A stretch of 64,000 nucleotides of DNA, from the NCBI GenBank assembly GCA_024403515.1, contig JAKSRS010000002.1:22388-86387 (forward strand), read 5' to 3'. The stretch is from Lachnospiraceae bacterium. GTDB taxonomy: Bacteria > Bacillota > Clostridia > Lachnospirales > Lachnospiraceae. A program made the translations under genes and the position numbers. Each line of letters starts with the position of its first letter. The stretch's first letter is position 1. Of this stretch, positions 29,466 to 40,165 are shown piece after piece. The notes beneath the pieces were generated by a model, which was given only the letters and a program-made list of their open reading frames with translations, was not told where the DNA came from and searched no databases.

Positions 29466-30464
29466 ATGATTAACTTACAGGAAAACATCTGGAAAGATGG
29501 CGAATATAATTATGAAGCAGCTTATGGCTTTACTCCCAATGTTTATTCATATTTACATGACGATGACAAAGTCAGAGCATGCATGATGATAGTTCCCGGC
29601 GGCGGATACTGCATGGTATGTAATGTCGAAGGTGAACCAATGGCCAAGGTTGCTTATGATGCAGGTATGAACGTCTTTGTTCTCACCTACACAACGGATA
29701 TTACAATGTCAGTGCCGCTTAAGATGCAGCCGTTGAATGATATTTCACGTGCTATAAGATATATAAGAGCCAATGCTGAAAGATTCCATATTGATCCTAC
29801 GAAGCTTTCAATCTGCGGTTCTTCAGCAGGTGGTCATCTTTGTGCCAGCATCACTACCCACTTCGATGACGTTAAGGACATTGATCCTTTATATAATCAG
29901 TATTCCAATAGACCCGATGGAACAATTCTTTGCTATCCTGTTATCACATCAGGTCCCAAAACTCATATCTATTCCATGCAGGCACTTTTAGGATATGAGC
30001 CTGCGAAGGAAGAACTTGAATACTTTTCATGTGAAAAGCAGGTATCAGAAAACACACCACCCTGCTTTATCTGGCAGACGGTTGAAGATGACGCAGTTCC
30101 TGTAGAAAACTCAATGATGTTTGCTTCAGCCTTAAAAGAGAAAAATATTCCATACGCGTACTATGCATTTCCTCATGGAGGACATGGTCTTTCACTTAAT
30201 AATGCGGAAACACGTTCGGGAATATTTGGAGGCCCCTACACCTTTGAACAGGTTGATAAGGCAGTTGAGGCAGTACGTCTTGGTAAAGGAATCAATGTTT
30301 CAGCCCAAAGAAAGGATGAACTCATGATTCAGTTCTTTGGAAATGTTGAAGGCATTAAAGATGAGAACGCAGAGCCTGTCATCTACACTCATCCCTACTT
30401 TGAAGACGTGGCTATGTGGCCTAAACTTTGTGAAATCTGGCTTAAGAGAATGAATCTTTTATAG
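29466..30464 (+). CDS. Alpha/beta hydrolase (acetyl or feruloyl esterase-like)
   Basis: IVPGGGY, GSSAGGH nucleophile, DDAV, HGGHGL. Confidence 0.88.
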   Translation: MINLQENIWKDGEYNYEAAYGFTPNVYSYLHDDDKVRACMMIVPGGGYCMVCNVEGEPMAKVAYDAGMNVFVLTYTTDITMSVPLKMQPLNDISRAIRYIRANAERFHIDPTKLSICGSSAGGHLCASITTHFDDVKDIDPLYNQYSNRPDGTILCYPVITSGPKTHIYSMQALLGYEPAKEELEYFSCEKQVSENTPPCFIWQTVEDDAVPVENSMMFASALKEKNIPYAYYAFPHGGHGLSLNNAETRSGIFGGPYTFEQVDKAVEAVRLGKGINVSAQRKDELMIQFFGNVEGIKDENAEPVIYTHPYFEDVAMWPKLCEIWLKRMNLL

Positions 30465-30482
30465 CTTTTGACTGGCATAATA

Positions 30483-30533
30483 AAAAGGGTGAATCCCACA
30501 TCAACGTTGTGTTGACAGGGGATTCACCCTTTT
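30483..30533. terminator. Bidirectional intrinsic terminator
   Basis: aaaagggtgaatccc/gggattcaccctttt 15-bp stem between convergent genes. Confidence 0.85.
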
Positions 30534-30550
30534 AATTTACTTTTTAAAGA

Positions 30551-32503
30551 CTAGTGAACTCTGGGATCGATATTGTAGGTAAAATCAAACTTAAGCTCTG
30601 AGAAGGGGCCGGGGATACGGTCTTTGTGTCCATGCTCACTTCCGTAAAAGTCCTGAGTTACATGCTCTTTATAGGGAACAGGAGTAATCTTAGAAACATC
30701 GTATTTCATAAGTTTCTGCTCGGGATTTGGAGCAAAATAGAAGGGCTTATTTAAAGCAGGTTTCATGGTAAGGGTAAGATTTTTAGTATCAATATCTATA
30801 TCAAACCATGCAAGCTGTGAAAACTTGTCAAAACCGTAAAACTCCTGCCATGAATGAAGGTCTAAGCATTCTTCGGGCTGAGGGAAGAGGATTCTTAAAA
30901 ATCCACCACTTTCCTTAACGAAGAGGTTTCCTTCTGATTCATTATCTTTAGTAACCATCTTTATAGCTGCTTCGCCACAGCCATAGAAGATATTGTCGAT
31001 AAACTTGTTGTCTCTTGCAGTGCCACCTCGCTCAGTAGGTGTCATTCTAAAGGATACGGGCTTAGCGAAGTATCCGGCTGAACGGCACTTTCCAATAAGG
31101 TTATTGGCGATATGCATTCTGTCAGTACCTTCACCATATATAGCATAGCCGTTTACAATATCGTGTTCGCCCATCTTGTACCAGCCTGTTGAACCGGGTT
31201 CAACGGGAATCTTTTGGGGATCAAATCGACCCTCAACATTCCAGAAAATGTTGTTATCAATAAGGTTTATTCCGTCTCTTGTGCACTCAATAAAGAGGGC
31301 TTCTCTTTGTTCAATTCCATCCAAAAAGAGGTTCTGTGTAAGGCGGTTATTGATGTTACCGCAATCAAGCCATACATGGTCGGCTCTGTAGGTTCTTCTA
31401 AAGACGTTACGTCTGAAAAGACCATTTATTGAATTGTGAAGCTTCATTCCGGCAGCTTCCCAGGATAATTCCATTTTCTGCCAGCCTGTGCCTTCAATGA
31501 GGTTATCTTCAACTAATAATTCCTGCGCAAAAAGTCCTGCGATACCGCATACACCGGCATCGAGAATCTTACATCTTCTGATTACACTAAAACCGGTGGG
31601 TCCTTCGTTATCCTTGGTATGATGCCAGCATTCATCTCCTACATCAATACCTACGGCGTTTGCCCAGTCAACAGTACAGTCTTCAATAACCCAGTGGTGG
31701 CCTCTGAAGGCTGAAATGGCACCCCTTTGAGGAACAGGTGCACCCATTGTGGCGTGTGCACATACAAGGCCTTTAACCTTTATGTAAGAAAGGAAAGGAA
31801 CTTCGGGCGCGAAGCACTGTTCACGAACTGAGATCTCAATCTTATGATTTTTAGGATCATCATCGTTATCAAGTCTGAAGTGAACCTTCATGCCATTGGC
31901 TTCAACCCAGTAAGTTCCTTCTTCATCGGAAAGATTGTTTGAAAGAGGAACCTGCTTGAGGGGCTTGCCGTCGCAGAAGACCATTCCTCGTCTGTTTAAA
32001 AATGTGGTCATGTCAGTCTTATCATACTCAATGAAAAGACGGTCATGAAGTAAGTTTATGGCACAGAAAGGATTGTAGCCTTTAAACATTTCAGGTGATA
32101 ATTCGTGGCACCATACAGATAAGCCTTTGGGAGCTTCGGTGCTCATAAAGCCTGTAAGCTGCCAGCCTACAGAAGGCGTAAAGTCTGTTACTTCTTCGGA
32201 AGCTTTGATTATTACGTGCCCTTTAGATACTGCCTCATAGCAAATCATGGCATCAGGGCCACTTCCACCCATTCTCGGGCGAACGCATTCGTGGTATTCG
32301 CCGGGATAAATCCAGACTCTTGTACCGGGTGTGGCAACATCTGCCGCAGCCTGAATGGTTTTAAATGGGGCGTCCTTGCTTCCATCGTTAGAATCGCTTG
32401 CATTAGAAGCATTGCAGTCTACAAAAAGCTCCTTTTTGTAGAAAGTATCCTGCTCCCAGAAGTTAAAGCAAGTGCCATCAGCTAGTGTGTCTATTGGTTT
32501 CAT
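30551..32503 (-). CDS. Right-handed beta-helix protein with DUF1565-type N-terminus (GH120-like glycoside hydrolase candidate)
   Basis: SDSNDGSKDAPFKTIQAAAD..PG..V.I..G.YHE; HWVIEDC and repeated beta-helix coils; no signal peptide. Confidence 0.7.
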   Translation of the reverse strand: MKPIDTLADGTCFNFWEQDTFYKKELFVDCNASNASDSNDGSKDAPFKTIQAAADVATPGTRVWIYPGEYHECVRPRMGGSGPDAMICYEAVSKGHVIIKASEEVTDFTPSVGWQLTGFMSTEAPKGLSVWCHELSPEMFKGYNPFCAINLLHDRLFIEYDKTDMTTFLNRRGMVFCDGKPLKQVPLSNNLSDEEGTYWVEANGMKVHFRLDNDDDPKNHKIEISVREQCFAPEVPFLSYIKVKGLVCAHATMGAPVPQRGAISAFRGHHWVIEDCTVDWANAVGIDVGDECWHHTKDNEGPTGFSVIRRCKILDAGVCGIAGLFAQELLVEDNLIEGTGWQKMELSWEAAGMKLHNSINGLFRRNVFRRTYRADHVWLDCGNINNRLTQNLFLDGIEQREALFIECTRDGINLIDNNIFWNVEGRFDPQKIPVEPGSTGWYKMGEHDIVNGYAIYGEGTDRMHIANNLIGKCRSAGYFAKPVSFRMTPTERGGTARDNKFIDNIFYGCGEAAIKMVTKDNESEGNLFVKESGGFLRILFPQPEECLDLHSWQEFYGFDKFSQLAWFDIDIDTKNLTLTMKPALNKPFYFAPNPEQKLMKYDVSKITPVPYKEHVTQDFYGSEHGHKDRIPGPFSELKFDFTYNIDPRVH

Positions 32504-32575
32504 AGTGTTTCCTCCATAAGATTTACCTTCTCATTATTTTAAGCATAATTGTCATTCTGTCCCCCAACAGAAAAA

Positions 32576-34612
32576 TCATGCCAAGGTTACAAATACATCA
32601 TCAACAAAGAAATCAGAAGCACCGTCTGTTTCGATATAGAGTTCTGCAGACTTAAGATCTGATGATAAAGAAACCTCTGCAGTAATCTCAGTCCAGTCGC
32701 CGGTAGATTTTACTTCGTTTAATTTTAATGGTTCAGTACCATCAAGTCCGATTCTTATTAAAGAATCAGTTGTTTTAACATAAGCCTTAGCCTTAATACT
32801 GTGTCCAATGTAAGAGGATACGTTAAACTTAACGGTAGCATCCTTTTCATGTCTTGTTACATGTAAAGAATGTCCGCCAACGCTGCGGGCTTCCTTATCA
32901 GTAACACTTATGAAAGGAAGGTGTCCCATTCCTCGTATTGCGAAGATGTAGTTTTCTTCTTCAAAACCTTCTTCAAGACCTACAAGTTCAATGCTGATAT
33001 CGTCTATGTATACAGGACTGAACTTATTGGCAACAGGTTCATCGGTTGAGAAGAAAAGATACATTGAATGCTCATTTCCGGGAATCTTAAAGCAGCCTTC
33101 GAGTAAAGCCCAGTCATCAGAGCCGGTCTTAGTGGATGCAACAACCGTTCCAAACTCACTGTTGAAACGAAGATTAACCGCATCAGCAGGGCTTGAAACA
33201 AAGGCTTTGAAGCGAATACTCTGTCCAAGGAAGTCCGAAACATCAACTCTGACCCCGGTCCATGCTCCAAAACGCATTCCGCTTGAAAGCGCATATTTAC
33301 CGCTATGAACCTTCTTATCAGTAATTTCAGCGCCGTGGTCAACCTTAAACTTAAGGCTTAATGCGTCAAGCGAAGGTGCGCTTCCGTCTGAAAGAGGCTC
33401 GAATGATACGTATCTGTCTGAAAGGTCGTAGGTGATAGTAAGAGGCTCACCTAAATCGCCACCGACAGCTGCAAATACTACTGCGTCAAAAGAAGGCTTT
33501 GGCATCAAATCCTTATCAAACAAAAGGGGATTGGCTCCCTGAATCCAGGAGTTGTCATCTGTAAGTCCCCAGAAGGTTACACTAGTGATGTTTGCACCTT
33601 CTTTTTTACATTCAAGGAGCATCTCAAAGAACTTCTTGTAAAAAACAGCCTGATAATAAAATGCATTGGCATTAGAACAGGTGCATTTAACGTCAAGTTC
33701 AGTTACGTGAAGTTCTTTAACGAGCTTACCGTACTTTAAAACAGCGGTTTTATATTCTTCAATATCATTATTGTCGCTTAAATGTCCCTGAAGACCGATA
33801 CCGTCTATAAGACCTTCTGAAATAACACTTCCGTGACCGTGGCCTTCTCTTTCAAGAGCGGCGATGATTGCTGCCTGTTTTTTGGGTTGGAATTCATTGT
33901 AGTCATTATAGAAAAGAAGCGGCCTGGGAAGACTATACTTAGCTGACATCTCATTAACTGCATCGTATGCATATCTGAATGCCCAGTAAATAAGGTCATC
34001 ACCGATAATCTGATACCAGTAGGTGTTTCTAAGACCCGTTTCAGTACGATCATCAAGTTCAATAGCTTCATTTACAACATCCCAGGCGTAGATAGTATTT
34101 GCAAAACCTTCTTTATACATAAATTCCATTAATGAAAAAATGTAGCTTCTAAGTCTTTTAAGCAAAGTATCGCGATCTACATAGCATACGGGATTGAGCT
34201 TTTCAAAGTACTTTAAAAAGGGCTTTTCTTCAAGTTCTTTGGGGTCTGTAGGAAATGTTACTGCCTCGTAGTTTTTACAAAAGATCTCTTTAGGACACTG
34301 TGAATGCCACAAAAGAACGTGACCTCTTACAGGCATCTTGTTGTCTCTTGCCCAGTTAAGCATCTTTAGGGCGTTTTCATTAATGACAAAAGGAAGGTTT
34401 TCTTCAGTAGCCTCAGGGGATTTAAAACCCATATTGTACATAGGCTTTAATTCGTTAGCAAAGGTCATACTGGAAAACTGTCTTGCCATAAGACTTTCCT
34501 TGTCAGGATTTCCTATTTCGTGACAGGTGAATTTCTCGGTGATTCGCTCGCAGGCGACACCTACTTTAAAAATGTCCTTGTAGACATCCTTTAAAATATA
34601 CTTTTCAGCCAT
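32576..34612 (-). CDS. GH10 endo-1,4-beta-xylanase with two C-terminal CBM4/CBM22-like modules; no signal peptide
   Basis: NELK, RGHVLLWHSQ, WDVVNEA, YNDYN, GIGLQGH, VTELD, TFWG. Confidence 0.92.
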   Translation of the reverse strand: MAEKYILKDVYKDIFKVGVACERITEKFTCHEIGNPDKESLMARQFSSMTFANELKPMYNMGFKSPEATEENLPFVINENALKMLNWARDNKMPVRGHVLLWHSQCPKEIFCKNYEAVTFPTDPKELEEKPFLKYFEKLNPVCYVDRDTLLKRLRSYIFSLMEFMYKEGFANTIYAWDVVNEAIELDDRTETGLRNTYWYQIIGDDLIYWAFRYAYDAVNEMSAKYSLPRPLLFYNDYNEFQPKKQAAIIAALEREGHGHGSVISEGLIDGIGLQGHLSDNNDIEEYKTAVLKYGKLVKELHVTELDVKCTCSNANAFYYQAVFYKKFFEMLLECKKEGANITSVTFWGLTDDNSWIQGANPLLFDKDLMPKPSFDAVVFAAVGGDLGEPLTITYDLSDRYVSFEPLSDGSAPSLDALSLKFKVDHGAEITDKKVHSGKYALSSGMRFGAWTGVRVDVSDFLGQSIRFKAFVSSPADAVNLRFNSEFGTVVASTKTGSDDWALLEGCFKIPGNEHSMYLFFSTDEPVANKFSPVYIDDISIELVGLEEGFEEENYIFAIRGMGHLPFISVTDKEARSVGGHSLHVTRHEKDATVKFNVSSYIGHSIKAKAYVKTTDSLIRIGLDGTEPLKLNEVKSTGDWTEITAEVSLSSDLKSAELYIETDGASDFFVDDVFVTLA

Positions 34613-34784
34613 TTATTATTCTTTCCCTTCAAAAGTTTTTCTGTTATATTAGTCAGTGAAATATGCGTTAATTATACCAAATAACAACTTTTGATTCATT
34701 CGCTTTCGAACATTTTGCACAAAAAGTTGTTGGGTTTTGTAAAAAAATAGTACGCCATACTTATTAAGAAGTTGAGGATAGTAA

Positions 34785-35840
34785 GTGAAAGAAAAAATGA
34801 AAAAAAGGAATTTACTTGGGATATGGGTCACTCTTGCGGCACTAATCTGTGTCTCTGGCGTTCTTATGTTCATTTTCGTCTCCTACAGTAAATCTCTCGG
34901 CCAACAGGAAATATCCAAAGAATATGATAAATACTATGTAATGATAGCAGATGATCCTAAAGCCTCACTCTGGCAGTCAGTTTATGAGTCTGCCTTCAAC
35001 GCAGGATTGGATCAGAATATCTATGTGGAAATGCTTTCCGACCGCTTTTCTGAAAACTATACCAAGTACCAGCTTATGGAGATTGCCATAGCATCCAAAG
35101 TCGACGGAATCATTCTTTCGGCTGATGAATCTGATGAGATGACCCAGCTGATAAATTCAGCAATGAAAAAGAAAATCCCCGTCGTAACGGTATTTTCGGA
35201 CAACGCAAATTCAGCAAGAATAAGCTTTGTAGGAATTGGAAATTATAATCTTGGTAAGGAATACGGAAATTTAATATCTGAACTTAGCGAAGCGGGAAAT
35301 TCCCAGTACAGGACCATAAAGGTTTCGGTTTTAGTCGATTCCAACTCAAGAGATTCAAGCCAGAACGTTTTATATGCCGCAATCCAGGAAGCCGTGGAAG
35401 AAGATAGCAGAAAGCACCCCTATTCACATTCTCCCATAAGCCTTTCTTTATATTCAGTAGATGCAACCAACAGGTTTTCGGTAGAAGAGTCAGTACGTGG
35501 TCTTCTTCAAAAGAAAGACGACCTTCCTGATGTAGTTGTCTGCTTAAATGAAATTGATACTACAAGCGTTTACCAGGCAGTTGTCGACTACAACGAAGTA
35601 GGTAAGATTTCAATCCTGGGTTACTATGATTCAGAGGCAATTCTAAAGGGGATTGAAAGAAACGTTATTTACTCAACAATTTCAGTTGATACTGCACAGC
35701 TTGGGCAGTTTTCGATTGATGCTTTAAATGAATATCATGAAATGGGCAATACCAGTCAGTATTTCACTGCTGATGTTTCTATTATTAAAAAGAGTAATGT
35801 ATCAGCCCATTTGAAAGAAGGTGCGACCGATGAAGAATAA
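34785..35840 (+). CDS. Membrane-anchored sugar-binding (periplasmic-binding-protein fold) sensor subunit
   Basis: GTG start; N-terminal TM; KVDGIIL, IPVVTV, FVGIGNY..G; overlaps the kinase start. Confidence 0.8.
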   Translation: MKEKMKKRNLLGIWVTLAALICVSGVLMFIFVSYSKSLGQQEISKEYDKYYVMIADDPKASLWQSVYESAFNAGLDQNIYVEMLSDRFSENYTKYQLMEIAIASKVDGIILSADESDEMTQLINSAMKKKIPVVTVFSDNANSARISFVGIGNYNLGKEYGNLISELSEAGNSQYRTIKVSVLVDSNSRDSSQNVLYAAIQEAVEEDSRKHPYSHSPISLSLYSVDATNRFSVEESVRGLLQKKDDLPDVVVCLNEIDTTSVYQAVVDYNEVGKISILGYYDSEAILKGIERNVIYSTISVDTAQLGQFSIDALNEYHEMGNTSQYFTADVSIIKKSNVSAHLKEGATDEE

Positions 35841-37317
35841 GTTTCGCAACCTTCCCATACAGCTTAAAATGACAGCCATTACCCTCATGGCCAATCTTCT
35901 GGTTCTTGCGGTAAACCTTGTTTTGCTCATAGGTATAAATGGTATGTCATCTCGAATCGATGGAGTTTACCAGGTAAACATGCAGTTAAACGAACTTTCG
36001 GCAATGCTTGATGAAGTTCAGATAAATATGGAAGAATACCTAAATACCAAGACAAGCGACTCACTTGAAACCTTCTATATATATGAGCAGGACTTTTCGC
36101 AGCTTGCAGACGAACTTTCGGATGATATTTCAAGTAATACTATCAAAAGAACGCAGCGTCTTATAAAGAACATGTCACAGCTTTACCTTGATAAGGCTGA
36201 CCAGACGATTGAAGCCAAGCGTGGTCGAAATGTTGAAAAGTATCGTGCAAGATACGAAGAAACAACAAAACTTTACGGCTACATTAAAAATATGATTGAT
36301 ACTTTAAATAATGAGCAGTTTAAGGAAAACTCCCAAAACTACAGAAGAGTTATTAACGCCTTTAGAACCTTTGAAACTGCAGCCAACTTTGTAATGGTAA
36401 TCGTTATTTTGATAAATGCCCTCCTTATCTTAAGGCTTACCGCATCAATCATAAGGCCTTTAAAGGAGCTTAAAGGACTGGCTGATGAGGTATCAAAGGG
36501 TAATTTTGAAATTGAACCCATCAAAGTAAGGGCGATGGATGAAATAGGTGTCGTATCCACGGCCTTTAACCAGATGGTTATAAGCATCCAGGAGTACATT
36601 GAAAAAATGCGTGAAAGCGCTGAAATTGAAAAAGAACACGAAGCCAAGGAACTTATGATGGAGGCCCATCTTAAGGATGCACAGCTTAAGTACCTTCAGG
36701 CTCAGATTAACCCTCACTTTCTTTTTAATACCCTTAATGCAGGGGCGCAGCTTGCAATGTTAGAGGGGGCTGACAGAACCTATGAATATGTTCAGGTTAT
36801 GGCAGAATTTTTCAGATATAACGTTAAGAAGGGTGACCAGATAGTTACAATAGGAGAAGAGATTGCCCTTATCGATAAGTACATCTATATTTTAAATGTA
36901 CGTTTTTCGGGCGATATCAACTATGTTAAGGAAGTTGATGAATCACTTCTTAAGGTTGAAATGCCCAGTATGATTTTGCAGCCTATCGTTGAAAACTGCG
37001 TAAATCATGGGATTCGTGAGATGATGGGCGAAGGCGTTATTACGGTTAAGGTCTTTACTCAGGGTGGAGATATCGCCTGCATCAGTATCGAGGATAACGG
37101 CGCCGGAATGAACGAGGAAACTGTTGAACGATTGAGAAAAGGAAAAGGTACTGAAAGAACCTCCAAAGAGTTCAACGGAATCGGAATGGACAATGTTATG
37201 GCCCGACTTAAGCTTTTTGAAAACAGCGACGATGTGATGAGCATTGAAAGCGAAGAAGGCAAGGGCTCAAGATTTACAATATATCTCGATATTAATGAGG
37301 ATATCAGGGAGGAATAA
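35830..37317 (+). CDS. Sensor histidine kinase (LytS/YesM type)
   Basis: Two TMs, HAMP (DEIG...FNQM), LQAQINPHFLFNTLN, LQPIVEN, DNGAG, GIG. Confidence 0.93.
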   Translation: MKNKFRNLPIQLKMTAITLMANLLVLAVNLVLLIGINGMSSRIDGVYQVNMQLNELSAMLDEVQINMEEYLNTKTSDSLETFYIYEQDFSQLADELSDDISSNTIKRTQRLIKNMSQLYLDKADQTIEAKRGRNVEKYRARYEETTKLYGYIKNMIDTLNNEQFKENSQNYRRVINAFRTFETAANFVMVIVILINALLILRLTASIIRPLKELKGLADEVSKGNFEIEPIKVRAMDEIGVVSTAFNQMVISIQEYIEKMRESAEIEKEHEAKELMMEAHLKDAQLKYLQAQINPHFLFNTLNAGAQLAMLEGADRTYEYVQVMAEFFRYNVKKGDQIVTIGEEIALIDKYIYILNVRFSGDINYVKEVDESLLKVEMPSMILQPIVENCVNHGIREMMGEGVITVKVFTQGGDIACISIEDNGAGMNEETVERLRKGKGTERTSKEFNGIGMDNVMARLKLFENSDDVMSIESEEGKGSRFTIYLDINEDIREE

Positions 37318-38904
37318 ATGTTTAAGATAATGTTAGCCGATGACGAGGGTATCGTTATTGACTCTTTGAAATTCATAATAGACAAGGAATTCGGCGACGA
37401 TTGCATAGTTGAATATGCCAAAACCGGCCGAAACGTAATCGAGCTTGCTGAAAGCTTCAGACCTGATATAGCAGTTATGGATATTCAGATGCCCGGAATC
37501 AACGGTATCGATGCCATGCGTGAAATCAGAAAGACCAACGACAATGTCATTTTTATCGTTATGTCTGCTTATGACAAATTCGATTATGCCCAGGAAGCCA
37601 TAAAGCTTGGAGCAATCGAGTACCTTACCAAGCCCATGGAAAAGAACAAGATGATTGCTGCTCTTAAAAGCGCAATGGAGAAGGTAGTTGTGGAAAAAGA
37701 ACGCCGCTCCAAGGATCTTATTGTTCGCGAGAAAATGGAAATCGTTGTACCCATTCTTGAAAACGGGCTTATCTATAACATTCTTTTTCATGAGTATTTT
37801 GAAGAGGATATTGATAACTATCTTACGATGCTTGAAATCAGCGAAAAGTACGCCTATATGCTTGTCTTGGTAAGCGGTGATTCCAAGGACGGAAATCATA
37901 TGACCAATGCCCTTGGTTCAAGCGTTAAACTACAGAAGGACTACACGCGCATAAGAGAGTATGTTAAAAGTTCTTTTGAGGGAGCTATTGTCGGAAACGT
38001 TATGGGTAACAAGATTGCGGTCTTAGTGCCCACTAAATCTACGGAAATAGAACTTTCTACCCGTGAAGACTTAATAAGATCTGCCAGAGAACTTGCTGAA
38101 AAGCTTTCTCTTCAGACAGGAAATTCCTACAGAATCGGTCTTGGCAAGGTAAATGAGCTTTCCAAGATGGATAATTCCTATAGAGAAGCGATAAATGCGC
38201 TTTTACTTACAACCAATACGGTAGCTCATGCAGATGACCTTCCTATCGGCTGTGAATACGAGGTTGACTATCCTGTAGCCTTAGAAAAGAGACTTTTTGA
38301 CGAAGTTGAAAAGGGTCGTACCGAAGCTGCGGTATCAGCGGCCAAGGACTATTTTGACTGGATAAGAACTCAGGATATGATGAACGCGAGGTTAAAGATC
38401 CTTGAGTTTGCCCTTTGGGCCGAAAGAATCGCCTATTCAAGCGGTGGTATGGTCTACAGCTTTGGCGTAAGACATGATTATCTTCCTACTATTATGGCGA
38501 TTGATAACATGGACGACTTATGGAACTGGTTTTCCAACAAAATTTCTTTTTCCTGCAATGCTATTTCCAATAAAAATGCTGACAGCTCCAACGATGTGAT
38601 TGAAACTGCCAAGAAATATATTGCAGAAAACTACACTAAAAACATCACACTTGACGATGTTTCCTATAATGTAAATATCAGTTCATACTATTTCAGCCGT
38701 ATCTTTAAAGAAGCTACGGGACAAAACTTTATTGACTACCTGACTGAGCTTAGAATTGAAAAGGCCAAAGAACTTCTCAGTTCAACCCAGTATTCAATGA
38801 AGGAAATCTGTACTATGTGTGGATATTCAGACCCTAACTACTTAAGTAAGTCATTTAAAAAGAAGGTCGGTGTCACACCTACAGAATATCGTGAGGGGAA
38901 ATAA
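37318..38904 (+). CDS. Response regulator with AraC-type output (YesN type)
   Basis: ADDE, MDIQMP, YLTKP receiver; C-terminal SSYYFSRIFK...YSDPNYLSKSFKK. Confidence 0.93.
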   Translation: MFKIMLADDEGIVIDSLKFIIDKEFGDDCIVEYAKTGRNVIELAESFRPDIAVMDIQMPGINGIDAMREIRKTNDNVIFIVMSAYDKFDYAQEAIKLGAIEYLTKPMEKNKMIAALKSAMEKVVVEKERRSKDLIVREKMEIVVPILENGLIYNILFHEYFEEDIDNYLTMLEISEKYAYMLVLVSGDSKDGNHMTNALGSSVKLQKDYTRIREYVKSSFEGAIVGNVMGNKIAVLVPTKSTEIELSTREDLIRSARELAEKLSLQTGNSYRIGLGKVNELSKMDNSYREAINALLLTTNTVAHADDLPIGCEYEVDYPVALEKRLFDEVEKGRTEAAVSAAKDYFDWIRTQDMMNARLKILEFALWAERIAYSSGGMVYSFGVRHDYLPTIMAIDNMDDLWNWFSNKISFSCNAISNKNADSSNDVIETAKKYIAENYTKNITLDDVSYNVNISSYYFSRIFKEATGQNFIDYLTELRIEKAKELLSSTQYSMKEICTMCGYSDPNYLSKSFKKKVGVTPTEYREGK

Positions 38905-38928
38905 AACTTCAAAGAGAGGGAATGGACT

Positions 38929-39972
38929 TTGAAAAAGGTTTGGAGTATTTTACTTATTTTTTCTTTCGTTCTTCTGACTGCTTGTTCAAGTGTTGAAAAG
39001 GACATTAAGCCCGGAAAGACCGCAGTTGAAGACAAAATTCAGATTGGAATGAGCTTTGACTCCTTCGTTATTGAAAGATGGCAAAGAGACAGGGATGTTT
39101 TTGTGTCTACGGCCAAAGAACTTGGGGCGCAGGTAAACGTTCAGAATGCTAACGGTGATATTGATAAGCAGATTGAGCAGATTGATTACTTTATTAAAAA
39201 GGATATGGATGTAATCGTTATTATCTGTATTGATGCAAAGCCTTTAGAGGATGTTGTTTCCAAGGCCAAGGCTGCGGGAATTAAGGTTATCGCATACGAC
39301 AGACTCATAACAAATTCAGATGTTGATTTGTATATAACCTTCGACAACGAAAAGGTTGGAACCTTGATGGGTCAGGCTATTGTTGACGCGGGAGCGGCCG
39401 GAGGAAATGCGCTTATACTTGGCGGTTCTCCTACAGACAACAACGTTCCTTTAGTTGAAAAAGGCTTTACCGATGTCTGCGAGGCCAACGGCATTACTAT
39501 AGTAGATACTATGCACTGCGATGGCTGGAGAGCTGAGCTTGCAAGCGAATATATATACGAGCACGAGGACATCTTAAAGAATATTGATGCCATTATGTGC
39601 GGTAACGATAATCTTGCTGTTCAGGTAATAAATGCGCTTTCTGAGAAAAGACTTGCAGGAAATGTTCTTGTAGTGGGCCAGGATGCCGATCTTGAATCCT
39701 GCCAGAAGATTGTTGAAGGAACACAGACCATGACGGTATATAAACCGGTGGAAAGACTGGCCAAGAAGGCTGCAGAGTGTGCTATAGCCCTTGCAATAAA
39801 CGGAAAACTTGATGGTAATGATGCCACAACGATAAATGACGGTAAATATGATATTCCATACATAGGACTTAACCCAAGAGCCGTAACCGCTGATAACATG
39901 ATTGATGAAATCATAGGAACCGGTTTTCACCTTAGAGAAGATATATATCTAAATACTGTACCTACAAATTAA
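38929..39972 (+). CDS. XylF-like sugar-binding lipoprotein
   Basis: TTG start; LTAC lipobox; ERWQRDR, IAYDRLI, FDNEKVG, GQDADL, MTVYKP. Confidence 0.85.
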   Translation: MKKVWSILLIFSFVLLTACSSVEKDIKPGKTAVEDKIQIGMSFDSFVIERWQRDRDVFVSTAKELGAQVNVQNANGDIDKQIEQIDYFIKKDMDVIVIICIDAKPLEDVVSKAKAAGIKVIAYDRLITNSDVDLYITFDNEKVGTLMGQAIVDAGAAGGNALILGGSPTDNNVPLVEKGFTDVCEANGITIVDTMHCDGWRAELASEYIYEHEDILKNIDAIMCGNDNLAVQVINALSEKRLAGNVLVVGQDADLESCQKIVEGTQTMTVYKPVERLAKKAAECAIALAINGKLDGNDATTINDGKYDIPYIGLNPRAVTADNMIDEIIGTGFHLREDIYLNTVPTN

Positions 39973-40009
39973 ATAACAACTATATCTTGGATATGGGTAA
40001 ATTATTGCG

Positions 40010-40055
40010 ATTAGCTGTTTTGGAAAACAAGAATTTCCAAGGCAGCTAATTTTTT
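40010..40055 (+). terminator. Intrinsic terminator
   Basis: attagctgttttggaaa/tttccaaggcagctaat stem plus T-tract. Confidence 0.7.
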
Positions 40056-40165
40056 GAGTAAATTTACGGCAAAATCTTTAAGATGCATAAAAATTAATTC
40101 CACTTAACTTGTGTTAGTATCTTCTTGTAACAAAAAACTACATATTTTTGTACGGAGGAAAAATT

